Shown piece by piece: positions 38,236 to 49,995 of a stretch of 64,000 nucleotides of DNA. The translations under genes were made by a program, and so were the position numbers. Position 1 is the first letter of the stretch; each line of letters opens with the position of its first letter. The notes under the pieces were generated by a model that was given only the letters and a program-made list of their open reading frames with translations, had not been told where the DNA came from and did not search any database. The DNA comes from Octopus vulgaris (Eukaryota): positions 117,366,001-117,430,000 of the forward strand of contig OX597822.1 in the NCBI GenBank assembly GCA_951406725.2, given 5' to 3'.

Positions 38236-39099
38236 TTCTTTTATAAATTTGAAGGAGGCAACAGGGAACTATATTAACCCACAGCTCTCAGACAGAGTTC
38301 TGAATCATTTTCATAATCCTTCTCCAAGTTAGAAGTATGCTTTCGTTCTCATTCCAGCCGCCTTTGATGGTCTTAGTGAAAATGTTCCTTCTGCGCAATA
38401 AGCCTAATATACAGAAATTCCTCTTAAATTCATTGGGAATCAATAAAAATAACAAGATCCAATTACCGAGTATTCTTGATTGAAAAACTTTGTAGAAACT
38501 TAAACCTGACTCAATATTGGTGGAGTTGTGTTATTAATGGGAAGTAACTCAAATTAAAAACAATATTGTAGTTATCTCCCCTTATTAAACATTGGAACTG
38601 GAAGAAAATCGTCTTAACAGATCTGCACAATACGTACAAATAATGCAGCGAAGAATGACTGGAATATAATTTATTGATTATGTTTTTCTTAAAGACATTA
38701 GAAGAGTAATCTGGCACTTGATTTTATCGACCCAGACAGAAAGTTGCCTTGGCGAAATTCGAACACAGAACGAAACGAAACCAACCACCATTGCAAAGCT
38801 TTTTGTCCTAAGCTCTTACGACTCTTACCAATTCGTCGCCTGAGTTCGAATAGCTGCATAGTTGATTTGAGGCCCACTCATCAAAATTGCTAAAGCAGAT
38901 ACCAGTACTATACCGGAATTGATTTAATGCACTCTACACCTCTTCTACTCTCCATTCGCTTTTATATGAGTTTACAGTTAGAAGTTTTTCGGTGGACTTC
39001 AATGAACAAAAGGTAAATTTAGTCGTTCAGTTAAACATTTTTCTGTTCATTAACTCTTCTAATGTCTTTAGGAAAAGCATAATCAATCAATACATTACA

Positions 39100-40500
39100 A
39101 TTTTGAGAGGTATCCTGCGCGAACGAGGACGTGGGAGAACTGAGTCCGCATATGCGGACGACGTCAGCATCATAGTCTCGAACACCAGGCACATCTGATC
39201 GGCATTATTCTAAAAGAATGTGAGGCAGTGACAGGAGAAAAAAATTAAACAAGGAAAGTCAATGGGCCTGTCGCGCAGCACTTTGAGAGGCAAGTCCACG
39301 CTGTCCAATAATGTCGTTGGACGCTGGACCGGTTAAATTACTTGGGATTTAGTTTGGTCCAGATCTTCAGGTGGAGAAGGACTGGGACAGGGTAACAAGA
39401 AGGGTTGCCAATCTCACCCAGAGGTGGAGCGAGGAAAAGCTAAGTCTGAAAGGTCAGACAGAAGTAAGGAATGCAAACATCACCTCAGTTATATTATTAC
39501 TGCCTGATTGTCGTGCCCCAATTTACGTCTGTCTTGACTGGGACGCATACCCTTCTGCTCTCTGTGGAAGGGACATGTCCCATTGGTCAGTCGCTCCATT
39601 TATTGTCAACATTTACTGAATGGGGAACTGGGCATGCCGTGGCTGCTGCTGAACAGACATTCACTGAGGCTACAATATTTCCAGCGCTGTTTTGACGGTG
39701 AGCAAATGTGGTCAGACTCGTTCTTTCGCATCTTGTCTCATTGATTGAGCTGCAGTTCTAGTTCATTCATAGACCTAGACAAGGTGCCTGGCACCTAGAA
39801 TATCGTAAAGTGCTCAAAATCCTCTGTCAGTTGGGCAATGCAATCGGTGGAGGTTCCACTTTGGTGTTCAATAGAGGGTTAGTGGCGATCAAGTGTGACG
39901 ACGTTCTTGAGGAAACTCTTAGCGGTGAGGAGTATCAACTAGCTGGTCTGTTCCTTAGGACTTTCGGGCCGGAGCCTATGGATAATTTCCAGAAATCTCT
40001 GGTCTGGAAATGCTTTCGGCGAGCATTGCCAATTCGGGATAAACTCTACAAGCATGAAAGTGCCGTCAGCTGGGCTTGAGCGAGATGTGCGCAGAGCGAC
40101 GAAACTTCTCTGCACGCTCTTGTCAATGCCAGGGAATTGCTGACTCGTGGGTTGAAGTCGGACAATGACTGCCACGTGTAGGACGGATCCAGCTATCGGC
40201 TGAGTCCATTGTGAAGACTGTCTCGCTGCCTTTCTTTGACCGGAAAGGGCAGGCAGTGTTTATTTGTCAGGTAACCTTAGGAAAGAGGTTGTGTGATGGA
40301 ACAGATTGAAAGGGTTGAAAAAGAAGGTGATGGTAGAGAGGGAGGTGCTGCTTCTCAACAATTTTATTGAAAGGTAGATGAAAGTGGCAAGAAAGGTCCG
40401 TTCGAACGGGCCTACTCTAAGCATGTTCCCGTAGATTGAAGGATGACGATATGGAGAGGGCATTTGCGTTAGTGGTCAGGGCAACCGTGGCTTTGAGGGG
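39100..40500 (+). mobile_element. Degraded L1/Tx1-clade LINE ORF2 fragment
   Basis: SAYADDVSIIV, FGPDLQVEK, LSLKG, ELGMPWL, ALPIRDKLY; homologous to 32230-33090. Confidence 0.85.
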
Positions 40501-41457
40501 GTCTCCATGTGCATCTTTAGGAAGTCTGCCTCTTTTGGGGAATTTTCCATAGTTAGAATTTATAGGGTCACCAATTGTATCGGGTAAGATTGTTTAGTAA
40601 ACATTATTATGAAATGTCGGAGTCAGCAGTTGTAAAGATAAAAATTTGTTGTTATGATGGTAAGTCGTAAGATGTGAAAGATGAACAATGCATGAAGATT
40701 TAAGAAAGTATTTATTTACCGTTACGTTACAAATACCTTGCCTCGGCGAGTAGGTTATGATAAATCCAAAAGCATGCGAAGTAAAGTTTGTGTTCTCTGC
40801 ATTGTTTAGTAGTAATTGCGGAGAGAGATAGAATGATGTTGTAAGAGAACAGAATTAGAACAAGTGAGAGTTGTAGGGTGTGGGATGTTGTCTCACAGCT
40901 GCTGACAGTAAACTTCCTTACTCTCTCTGACCAAGGTTCTAGCTGGTCAGAACCTTGGTCAGCCAGACTTCGTCGTCACCGGAGTGACTACTTGGTTGAG
41001 TCGACACCGACTGGTGACTAACTGATTTTTGCTTGGGGTGTGCTGGCTTATATAGCCATCCAGATAGATATATCATTGAGAACAATAGATTTAGTTGGTG
41101 GTCTTGTTAGCTCTATTCTAGCTTTTGGTGAAGTAGAAGAGGTTAGAAAGGGTCAGTGGTGAAGACATTATTTCGGCCTAGTTAAAGGTATCTGGAAAAT
41201 GTAAAACTGCTGTCAGAGAAAAACCATTGTTCCACCGTGGGAAAAGTTCTGTTGCAGTGTTAATTTAAATTTGGCTATGGTGGATCGAATCCACTTCATG
41301 CTTGCAAGATCCACTAAAGTTATCATTTTTACTGCTTATACGCCTCTATTTATGTAACCCCACTTTGTATTGTGCTGTACCGTCCCCAGTGTTTTTTGTG
41401 AACCCTCAGTGGTAAATAAAATAAGTATTAGTATTCTTCTTCTAATTATCATTATTA

Positions 41458-41860
41458 GGGCGGCAAACAGACAGAATCGTTGCCGCGCCGAGCAAAATGC
41501 TTAGCGGCATCTTGTTCACCTTTAGAGTCTGAGTTTAGATTCCGCCGAGGTCGACTTTGCTTTACATATTTTCGGGGTTGATAAAATAAATACCAGCTGA
41601 ACACCAGGGTCGGTGCAATCGATTTAGCCCCTCTCCCAAAATTTCAGGCTTTGTACCTATGACAGAAAGGATTATTTAGGCGGTGAGCTGGCAGAAATGT
41701 TAGTACGCCAGGCAAAATGCTCTGGGGACTTGCGTCCGTCTTTACGATCCAATTCTATCGTGACCGACTTTACCTTTCATCTTTCGGGGTCGGTTAAATA
41801 TATACCAGTTAAACAGGGGTCAATCTAATCGAGTAGCCCCATCTCCCAAAATATCAGGCT
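41458..41860 (+). mobile_element. Two diverged SINE family B-related copies in tandem
   Basis: ggcgg...gcagaa.cgttag heads at 41458 and 41679, each with the shared core. Confidence 0.7.
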
Positions 41861-42811
41861 GTTATTAAAATGTTCGGTTCAGGATCATGTGGTTGTGGGT
41901 TCAATACATGGATGGGGTGATGCTACATGCTCTTGAGCAAAGCATTTCATTTTATGTTCCTTCAGCTGTATACTTGTCGGTTTCTGGTGCAGCTGTCACA
42001 ACGAGTCGAGGTGTATTTAAGTATATTAGTAGGAAAAAAAGAAAAAAGCTTGGAAAATGTAAACAAACAACAACAGAAAGACCTCTCCTGTTACATTGTC
42101 CCTTGAACTCATTTACTCACAAATTGCTGTGCTGAAAATATGTTATGAACGAACGCACAAGCGCGAATCTGCGGTTGTTGTATGTCTTGAGAAAATGTGC
42201 TTATATTTGTTACAAAAAAATTACGAAAATCAGGACAAGGTAGTCCATCTGAAGGCTCATAGTAGAAATATTAAATCCGTTACGCGCATAAAGACTGCGA
42301 TGAAGAGTTGTTATGCACGAAATCTAGTTTTGAAACCTTACCATATATACACACATAAATACATAATGTACGTATACATGTAATTATGTGTGTGTAGTAA
42401 ATCTTCCTTCTCGATAACTTAAATGTTGTCTGATAATTCCACCGTTAGTTTGATGTAAATCTTATTAACATTTTCCGGCGTCTAGATTTCCTTATAACTC
42501 TTATAACTTCACATACCTTTTTCATTTATATTGTTTCAAAAACATTTAAATTGCTTTGGTTTTTACTGTGAAGTCACAATTCCTGTATTTTTCTGTTTAT
42601 TGACTGTTTAGGTTCTACTTTCATATAAATTTTTTTGTGGTTATATTTTCTAATTCGTTAAAAATATCCAGGTAGGACAAAGTCGTGTCGATGGATGCCT
42701 ACAGGGGCAGAATTCCGCACTAGCAGCTGTCCTTTTGCCTTCAGAAAAATAGATAAATAAATAACAGTATGAGAATTCTTGGCTTAAATATTAGTTTTAA
42801 ATTATTGCACA

Positions 42812-43122
42812 ATGGCCCTGTGGTTAGGGCAGCGGACTCGCGGTCGGAGGATCACGGTTTCGATTCCCAGACCAGGCGTTTTGTGTGTTTATTGAGTGAA
42901 AACACCTAAAAGCTCCACGAGACTCTGGCAGGGGGTGGTGGCGACCCCTGTTGTACTCTTTCGCCCCGACTTTCTCTCACTCTTTCTTCCTGTTTCTTGA
43001 GTAACGCTGTGATGGACTGGCGTCCCGACCAGCTGGGGGGGGGGGGACATACCCCACAGAAACCGGGAAACCGGACCCATGAGCCTGGCTAGGCTTGAGA
43101 AGGGCACATAAATAAATAAAAA
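42812..43122 (+). mobile_element. tRNA-derived SINE (family C)
   Basis: tggccctgtggttagggcagcggactcgcggtcggaggatcacggtttcgattcc tRNA-like head, gatggactggcgtccc block, (taaa)n tail. Confidence 0.75.
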
Positions 43123-43124
43123 AT

Positions 43125-43950
43125 ACAAGGCCAGTAAGTTCGAGAGAGGGGGAGTAGTTGATTTCATTGACTCCGAGAGGATGGAAGGCAAAGTCGACCC
43201 CGGCGGCATCTGAACTTAGAACGTAAAGACAGACGAAATGCCGCTAAGTATTTTGCTTGGAGCGCTAACGATTCTGTCACCTCACCACTTTTTACTTGAC
43301 CTTAATATTATCTCACCTTAAAACAGCGAACTGGCTGAATTATTAGCACGCCGGGTAATATGCATAGCAGTATTTCGTCCGTACTTACGTTCTGAGTTCA
43401 AATTCCGCCGGAGTCGATTTTACCTTTCATCCATTCAGGGTTGATAAAGTAAATAACAGTTGAGCATTGGTGTAGATTCAAGCGACTTGGCTCCCCAGCC
43501 CCAAACTGCCGGCACTGTGCCAAAATTCGAAACCAGCATTACCTCACCTTAAGACGACGGTGAGCTGACAGAAACGTTAGCACGCCGGGCGAAATGCGTA
43601 GCCGTATTTCGTCTGCCGCTACGTTCTGAGTTCAAATTCTGCCGAGGTCGACTTTGCCTTTCATCCTTTCGGGGTCGATTAAATAAGTACCAGTTACGCA
43701 CTGGGGTCGATGTAATCGACTTAATACGTTTGTCCTTGTTTGTCCCCTCTGTGTTTAGCCCCTTGTGGGTAGTAAAGAAATAGGTATTTCGTCCGTTTCC
43801 ACGTTCTGAGTTCAAATCTCGCCGGAGTCGACTTTGCCTTTTATTCATTCGTGGGGGATAAAACAAGTACCAGTTGAACACTTGGGGTCGACGTAATCTA
43901 CTTTGCCCCTTCCCCGAAATTGCTGGCCTTGTGCCAAAAATCTGAACCCG
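43125..43950. mobile_element. Cluster of SINE family B-related copies in both orientations
   Basis: Minus copy 43125-43288, plus copies 43325-43535 and 43553-43950; aaataggtatttcg junction at ~43780. Confidence 0.8.
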
Positions 43951-44221
43951 ATATTATCTCACTCTACTCGCATTTGGTAGCAATAACCTCAAGTGAGAGT
44001 TTTAATAAATCTGGAAATTAACCGTTCTTCGTCTCTACCCGGTGGTTATGTGTTGTACTAACGATTGCAGGATCGTCGTTTCGATTCTCAGACCGGTGGC
44101 ACGTTGTGTTCTTAGGCAAAATACCTAATTTTATATTCCTCCAGACCACTTAGAACGAGTATCCCTGTGAACTGGTATTCCGTTCAGGGAGAATGCTGGT
44201 CTGTCCGACAAGCCATATATA

Positions 44222-44419
44222 TAGGGGAAGAATTCACAAAAAACCCCCCAACAAAAGACGAAGACAGGTGGTGTAGGCAACAAACAGATGTATTAGTATA
44301 ACGCTCGGGAAGTGAAAAAGTCTTTAACGTTTCGAGCCTATGCTCTTCCACAGAAAGGAACAGAAAGAAACAAGGAGAGAAAATAAAGAATGTGTAGTGG
44401 CTAGCGATCTATCATGGCG
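44222..44419 (-). mobile_element. Solo Penelope-like terminal repeat with degenerate hammerhead
   Basis: Matches 54585-54790; minus strand CTGTGGAAGAGCATAGGCTCGAAACGTT. Confidence 0.7.
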
Positions 44420-47372
44420 TGTGTATATATAGGATGGGCCAAAAGTCATGCACCAAAGCACATGATGATGATGACGGGGGCGGCGGTGAGCTAGCAGAAT
44501 CGTCAGCACACGTAGTTCCTAGTTGTTTTGTAAAAAACTTCATGTTATTAAATTCCGTAAGGTCACGAAAAGTTCCATCGCCGTGCATTAAAACGAAGTC
44601 AGCATAAAACAGCTTTATTCAGAATAGAATTTAGAATTTAGCAAAACTGTCACTATAAGGATGTTCAAGCGAGCTATTGTACCCGTTTAAAACTATGTGG
44701 ATTTTATAATTCGATGGGTAAGTAGGTCTTGGTCAGTGAATTATTCTTTATTACAGAGAATATCCCACATTAACAATTTAGAACAGAGTACCTCAAAAAT
44801 CAAAAAAACGAACTGGTTAGAAAGAAAGATGACGTAAACATTGGTTCCACATGTTGGCACAAGGCCAGCAGGTTTGGGGGAGGGGATAGGTCGATTAAAT
44901 CTACCCCACCAAGTGTTCAACTGGTACTTATTTTATCGACCCCGAAAGGATGAAAGGGCAAAGTGGACACCGGCGGAATCCGAAAAAGACGACAAACATT
45001 AATCCTTTCTAGTATAGGCACAAGGCTTGAAATTTTGGGGGAGGGTGCTTGTCGATTACATGGATCCCAGTGTTCAACTGGTACCTATTTTATCGACTTC
45101 GAAAGGATGGAAAGCAAAGTCGATCTCGGCGGAATTTGGGCTCAGACCGTAAAGAAGGACAAAATGCCGCTAAGATTCTGCTACCTCTTCCCCGACTATG
45201 ATCAAAAGAGTTGTGTGAATCTAGTCACATCACGAAGAGCTCGACGTCGGATGTTGCCGGAGAAGATTCAAAGACGACCACAATCTTAGCAGCATCAACG
45301 TTTCTTTTGGAGGAAAATTCGATTTTTAAGCTGCAAAAGTTACTCTATGATCGCAGAGTCTTTCCACTTGAAGGTAATTTTGAGTCTCAAAGCCTCATAC
45401 ACGATGATCGAAAATATATCTCTACAGATTTCGTGTATCAGTAATTGATGGCTTTATTTTCTTTTATCGGAAAAAAAAATTATATATGACAATAGCTTGA
45501 CATTTTTTTTTCAGTGTCGTGGTGCTTGTCATTTAAACATATGATGAGGAGTGGTTAAGTTAATCATTCGCAATATCAAAAGAGCCACTGAAAATGGTAA
45601 ATTAAAATCGCTTCTGTTACAGAATATTGAAGTTGGTCGCGGCATTAATGCGAGAAGTAATCTTACCCGCAGAGGGATTTCTTGCACACACACACACACA
45701 CACACACAAACTGCTAACAGGCGATATATTCGTGCCAATATCACAATATTACTTTTCTAAGGCCACCAACTTCGTTAATTTCCAGGCAATCGGATTACAG
45801 AATGCTGCAGAGTTCTATAAAATCGATAAACACTGCAAGCATTGTAGGTCACGTTCACTGGAACCGTTATTACACATCTATGACCGGTAAATCGTAGCTT
45901 ACTTGCTAGATTGATATGTTAGACTGATTGAAGATAAGAGACATCTAATATAACTGGAGAAGTAAGCAAATGGACAGACCAAGACGTCACTAGCAAAACG
46001 CCGCCGCCACCGCCGCCAGGATAGCAAACATGAATATAACGTTTTCTGACAGATGTCTGAATGAATTCAATGATGGACGGACAAGAACATTATCGGGTAT
46101 TAATAATATTGATTTCTTCTATTGGCACAAGGAAACATTTGTAGAGAAGTTCTGATTAAACCAAGCCCCGGTTACGTTCTCGTATTGAGAGATGATTAGT
46201 AAACTCAGGTGGGATTTGAATTCAGAACCGAAATGCATAAAGTCCAACGTTTTTTCTTTTTTTTCTTTTTTTACCGTTCAACTATTTTAGAACATTGACA
46301 TATGTCAGAGATCCGAGGAGGAAAAAAAGAAAACCCCGCTGTGGTTAAGTGCAGGCTTCCATACAGAAGATGGGTTGGAAATGTCTTATCAATTGTGTAA
46401 TAAGCGTTTCAAATTTTGGAACAAAGTCAGCAATTTTAGTGGGAGAAAGTTTGTAGATTGCATCGATGTCAGTACTTGACTGGTACTTTATTCTTTCGAC
46501 CCTGAAAGATAAAAGGCAGAGTTGACCAGAGCGGTATTTGAACTCAGTGTGAAAGCCGAAAGAAATGCCTCTTAGTATTTTGTCAAAGCTACCAACATCT
46601 CTGCCAGCTTGTCGCCTTGACCTATTGAAATAATTGTTGAAAAGGAAGGTTAACTACAGAATTAGTGAAAATTTATTTCAAAATAGGGCAAGGGAGGCAA
46701 CTCACGAATATATCAATAGCTAAAAACTTTAAAATGGAGTTATTCAGGTCATGGAGCACGATTGATCAGCTATGGTGGCAATTCTGAATAGAATATATCT
46801 TAAGGAAATCAATTGAGTGGTTTGAGCATGGGTTACAATGCTTTCCAGTGTTTCAGTTCTTTACGTTCTGAGTTCAAATATCGCCGAATTCGATTTTACT
46901 ATTCCTCCATTCGAGGTCGATAAACGAAGTACTAATCAAGTACTGAAGTAAATTCTTCTCTAACGGGAAGAAATCGGTTTTGTTCACACTCGGGGAGGGA
47001 TGGGCTCCACCAGATTTTAAAAAAAGAAAAAAAGTCCTAAAACACGCCGTATGTTTCTACAGCGGGTCACACACCAAAGACTCCGTCAGAAGTTGAAAGC
47101 CCCACCACCTCTAGTTATATAAAGACCATTCCCAGAAGGGAATTCATTTGCAAATGTATTTTATACATAATTCCGATGAGTTGGGTTCAAAACTTCGTAA
47201 ATAAATTGCAAATAAGTTATGAAATCAAATTTTAATATAATGAAACAATTGTAAATTGATGTAATAAAAAAGGCTTTGTTCACTGCAGTTTCCTTGCTCT
47301 AAATTGTAAAAAACTGCAGGTATTTGTGGATTTTCAGGTATGCGTTTGAGAAAAGAAATAGCGTCCAGATTA

Positions 47373-47547
47373 CCTATTTCTTTATTACCCACAAGGGGCT
47401 GAACATAGAGGGGACAAACATGGACAGACATAAGTATTAAGTCGATTATATCGACCCCAGTGCTTAACTGGTACTTAATTTATCGACCCCGAAAGGATGA
47501 AAGGCAAAGTCGACCTCGGCGGAATTTGAACTCACAACGTAACGGCA
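47373..47547 (-). mobile_element. 5'-truncated SINE family B copy
   Basis: Flanked by cagattacc direct repeats. Confidence 0.8.
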
Positions 47548-47549
47548 GA

Positions 47550-49283
47550 TTACCGTCCGTCTGATAGCCTGTAGCAGTGTATGAGCTTAATGTAAAATCC
47601 AGTGTTAACGCCCAAATGAAATCATAATTAGCAGGTTGATCTAGCATCTCGGACAGATGGAAAATGTCGAAATGTCTGAATAGATGATCGTGGTTGAAAG
47701 TCAACGAAACTAAATAACATGAATATAAGTCAACCTATAACTCAATGAGCACAACAATCATGTGCGCTAAGTACTACTACTGATCGTTTACTCACCCGCT
47801 CGTGTCTGTGACAAAATATTTTAAAAAATACTTTGATTTAAATTGTTTCGGATGTTATGACTTATCAAACTAGTAACCGCTCTGTTGACGGTGGACTGCT
47901 GCTTTTATTTCTCCAATTCAATTTGCATGGTTTCAAGCCGGGTATGTCTCAATGACCAAAATCAGTTTTGCTACATTTGTGGGGGATACGCATTCAAGGA
48001 CTGCAGCAGGAAAACGACACCACTCATAAATAGCAAGATACTAAGATTACTTAGAAATGAAATGAATGGGAGATGAAGATGTTTTACAACACGTATTGCA
48101 TGTAAAAGGTTGCATTGATTGGCTTTGCTTGTGGTCCAGTGACAAGCTGAAGCAAATGCCATTTGCCCTTCCAATGGCATGGCGAGAACAAAGCAACCAT
48201 TTTACTGATTGCTACTTTTGCGTTACTAATGAAGGGTTAAGTAAGAAAACTGTATGGTATATCAAATACTCTAATTTACCAACTGCCATAAGACCACAGC
48301 CACATGAAGATGAAGTTCCTCCCGTGTCAAGCAATCAACCATCGAGTTGAGTCAGATGAGGATTCCAGTGATGAAACTGGACGTGAAAAAGAGCTGCACA
48401 AAGTTTTTCTGCTTTTTGTGACCGCGATAAAATCGGCAGGAATGGCCAGCGCGTCATGAGTGGAAACTCTGGAATAAAAGCGTTCAATATGTACCACTAG
48501 TTTCACCTGAGCTAATTGTGTTACCATCACAATCACATTAAATTTAGAATCCTCAAAAATTTAAAGTTACTGGAACCTGAAGGGGGCAACCAATCAAGTT
48601 GTTTAAATATAGTCCCTCGGTTAAGCGAAGCGAAGTTTAAAGAAAGCGTGTTCGTTGGACCAGACACTTGCAAACTGATGAAGAATCAAATTGTTATAGA
48701 TTCATTAAATGACAAACTTATGATGCGGTGTTAAAGACAGTCAAACTTTTTAGGAAAGAACCGGAGTCCGAATTACACGGTAGTCATAGCTCATCTTACG
48801 GATTCATTTGATGTGTAGGGGGTCAGAATGTACTCAAAAATTCACATTTTAAAGAATCACTTGGATTTCTTTCCTGTGGACTTGGGCAAGATTAATTTTG
48901 AGCATTGTTAAAGATTTACAAGGTACAAAGGGTCAGCCGATACCCTCACGATGGCAAACTTTTTGATGGTTTCACTTTTGAACGTCAGGGCCACTGGTCT
49001 TCATAGTGAAACCAATGCTGTATTTTTCTTGTAAGCTTCTTACAAGTGTATATTGTTATTTTAACATTATACACTTGTGTATATTGATTAATTGTAGTTT
49101 AGTAAATTAATAAATTGCAATGTTCATAAGGTTACACTTTTTATGGAAATGTAGTATATGTGGGATATCTTGTAGATCAAAATGTAGTCCTGAAACAAAA
49201 CGGACTTCATATTCATAAAGAGCACCCTAAAATTAATATCAGCTAAAATAGTGTCTGCTAAAGAGATTAGTGTCATGCAATGC
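47550..49283 (+). mobile_element. Chapaev3-like (CMC) DNA transposon relic
   Basis: RVCLND.NQFCYICG, MPFALPMAWREQSNHFTDCYFC, PRLSEAKFKESVFVGP match the Chapaev3 transposase; 3' end gtgtcatgcaatg; left boundary approximate. Confidence 0.82.
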
Positions 49284-49995
49284 AATTAAAAGATTTGCTA
49301 AATTTAAATAACTTTCCGACATCGGCACAAGAACCGAAATTTGGAGAAAGGGGATTAATCGATTATATCGACCCCTGTTACATAACTAGTACTTAGTTTT
49401 GTCGAGCCCAGAGTGATGAACGTCAAATCGGCAGGATTTGAACTCCGTATCTTTATCTTCTAAAACCACTAAATTAAAAGCCACTAAATTAAAAGGATAC
49501 TAGAAAATCTCAGCTGTGACTTATGTATTGAGAACATGCGTTCATTGTATCAAATGGTGAGCTTAAAATACAGGTAATTCCGTTCCTCTACGTTTAGAGT
49601 TCATCTCATGCCCTAGACGATAAAATAATCCATAATATGACTTTTTAAATAAGAACGTAAGCACAGGCCAGCATTTGGACACCGTGCGCTTTTTTTATTA
49701 ATAAAAAAACAAAACTGTCTCAGAGTTAAAGCGCAGAGATACGTTTTATGTTCAAATTGAAACGAGATTTCATTCTTTATATGAATGAAACGGATGTAAG
49801 TATGGAACATAACCGAAAAGTCAAATATTGAATATTGTCCATATTAGTGTATTTAAATGTACAATGGATAAAAAAAGTATCGATAGTTTATAACCACGCA
49901 TCAAATTGATAGGAAAATGAATAGTTTAAAGTTTCCAATTGAAATCGGGAGAAAATGACAAACGTTGCATAAATAAACAACTGCTGTTCTTCGTA

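Noticed and set aside
42812-42880. tRNA gene
   Set aside because: No complete acceptor stem; it continues into a SINE body and tail.
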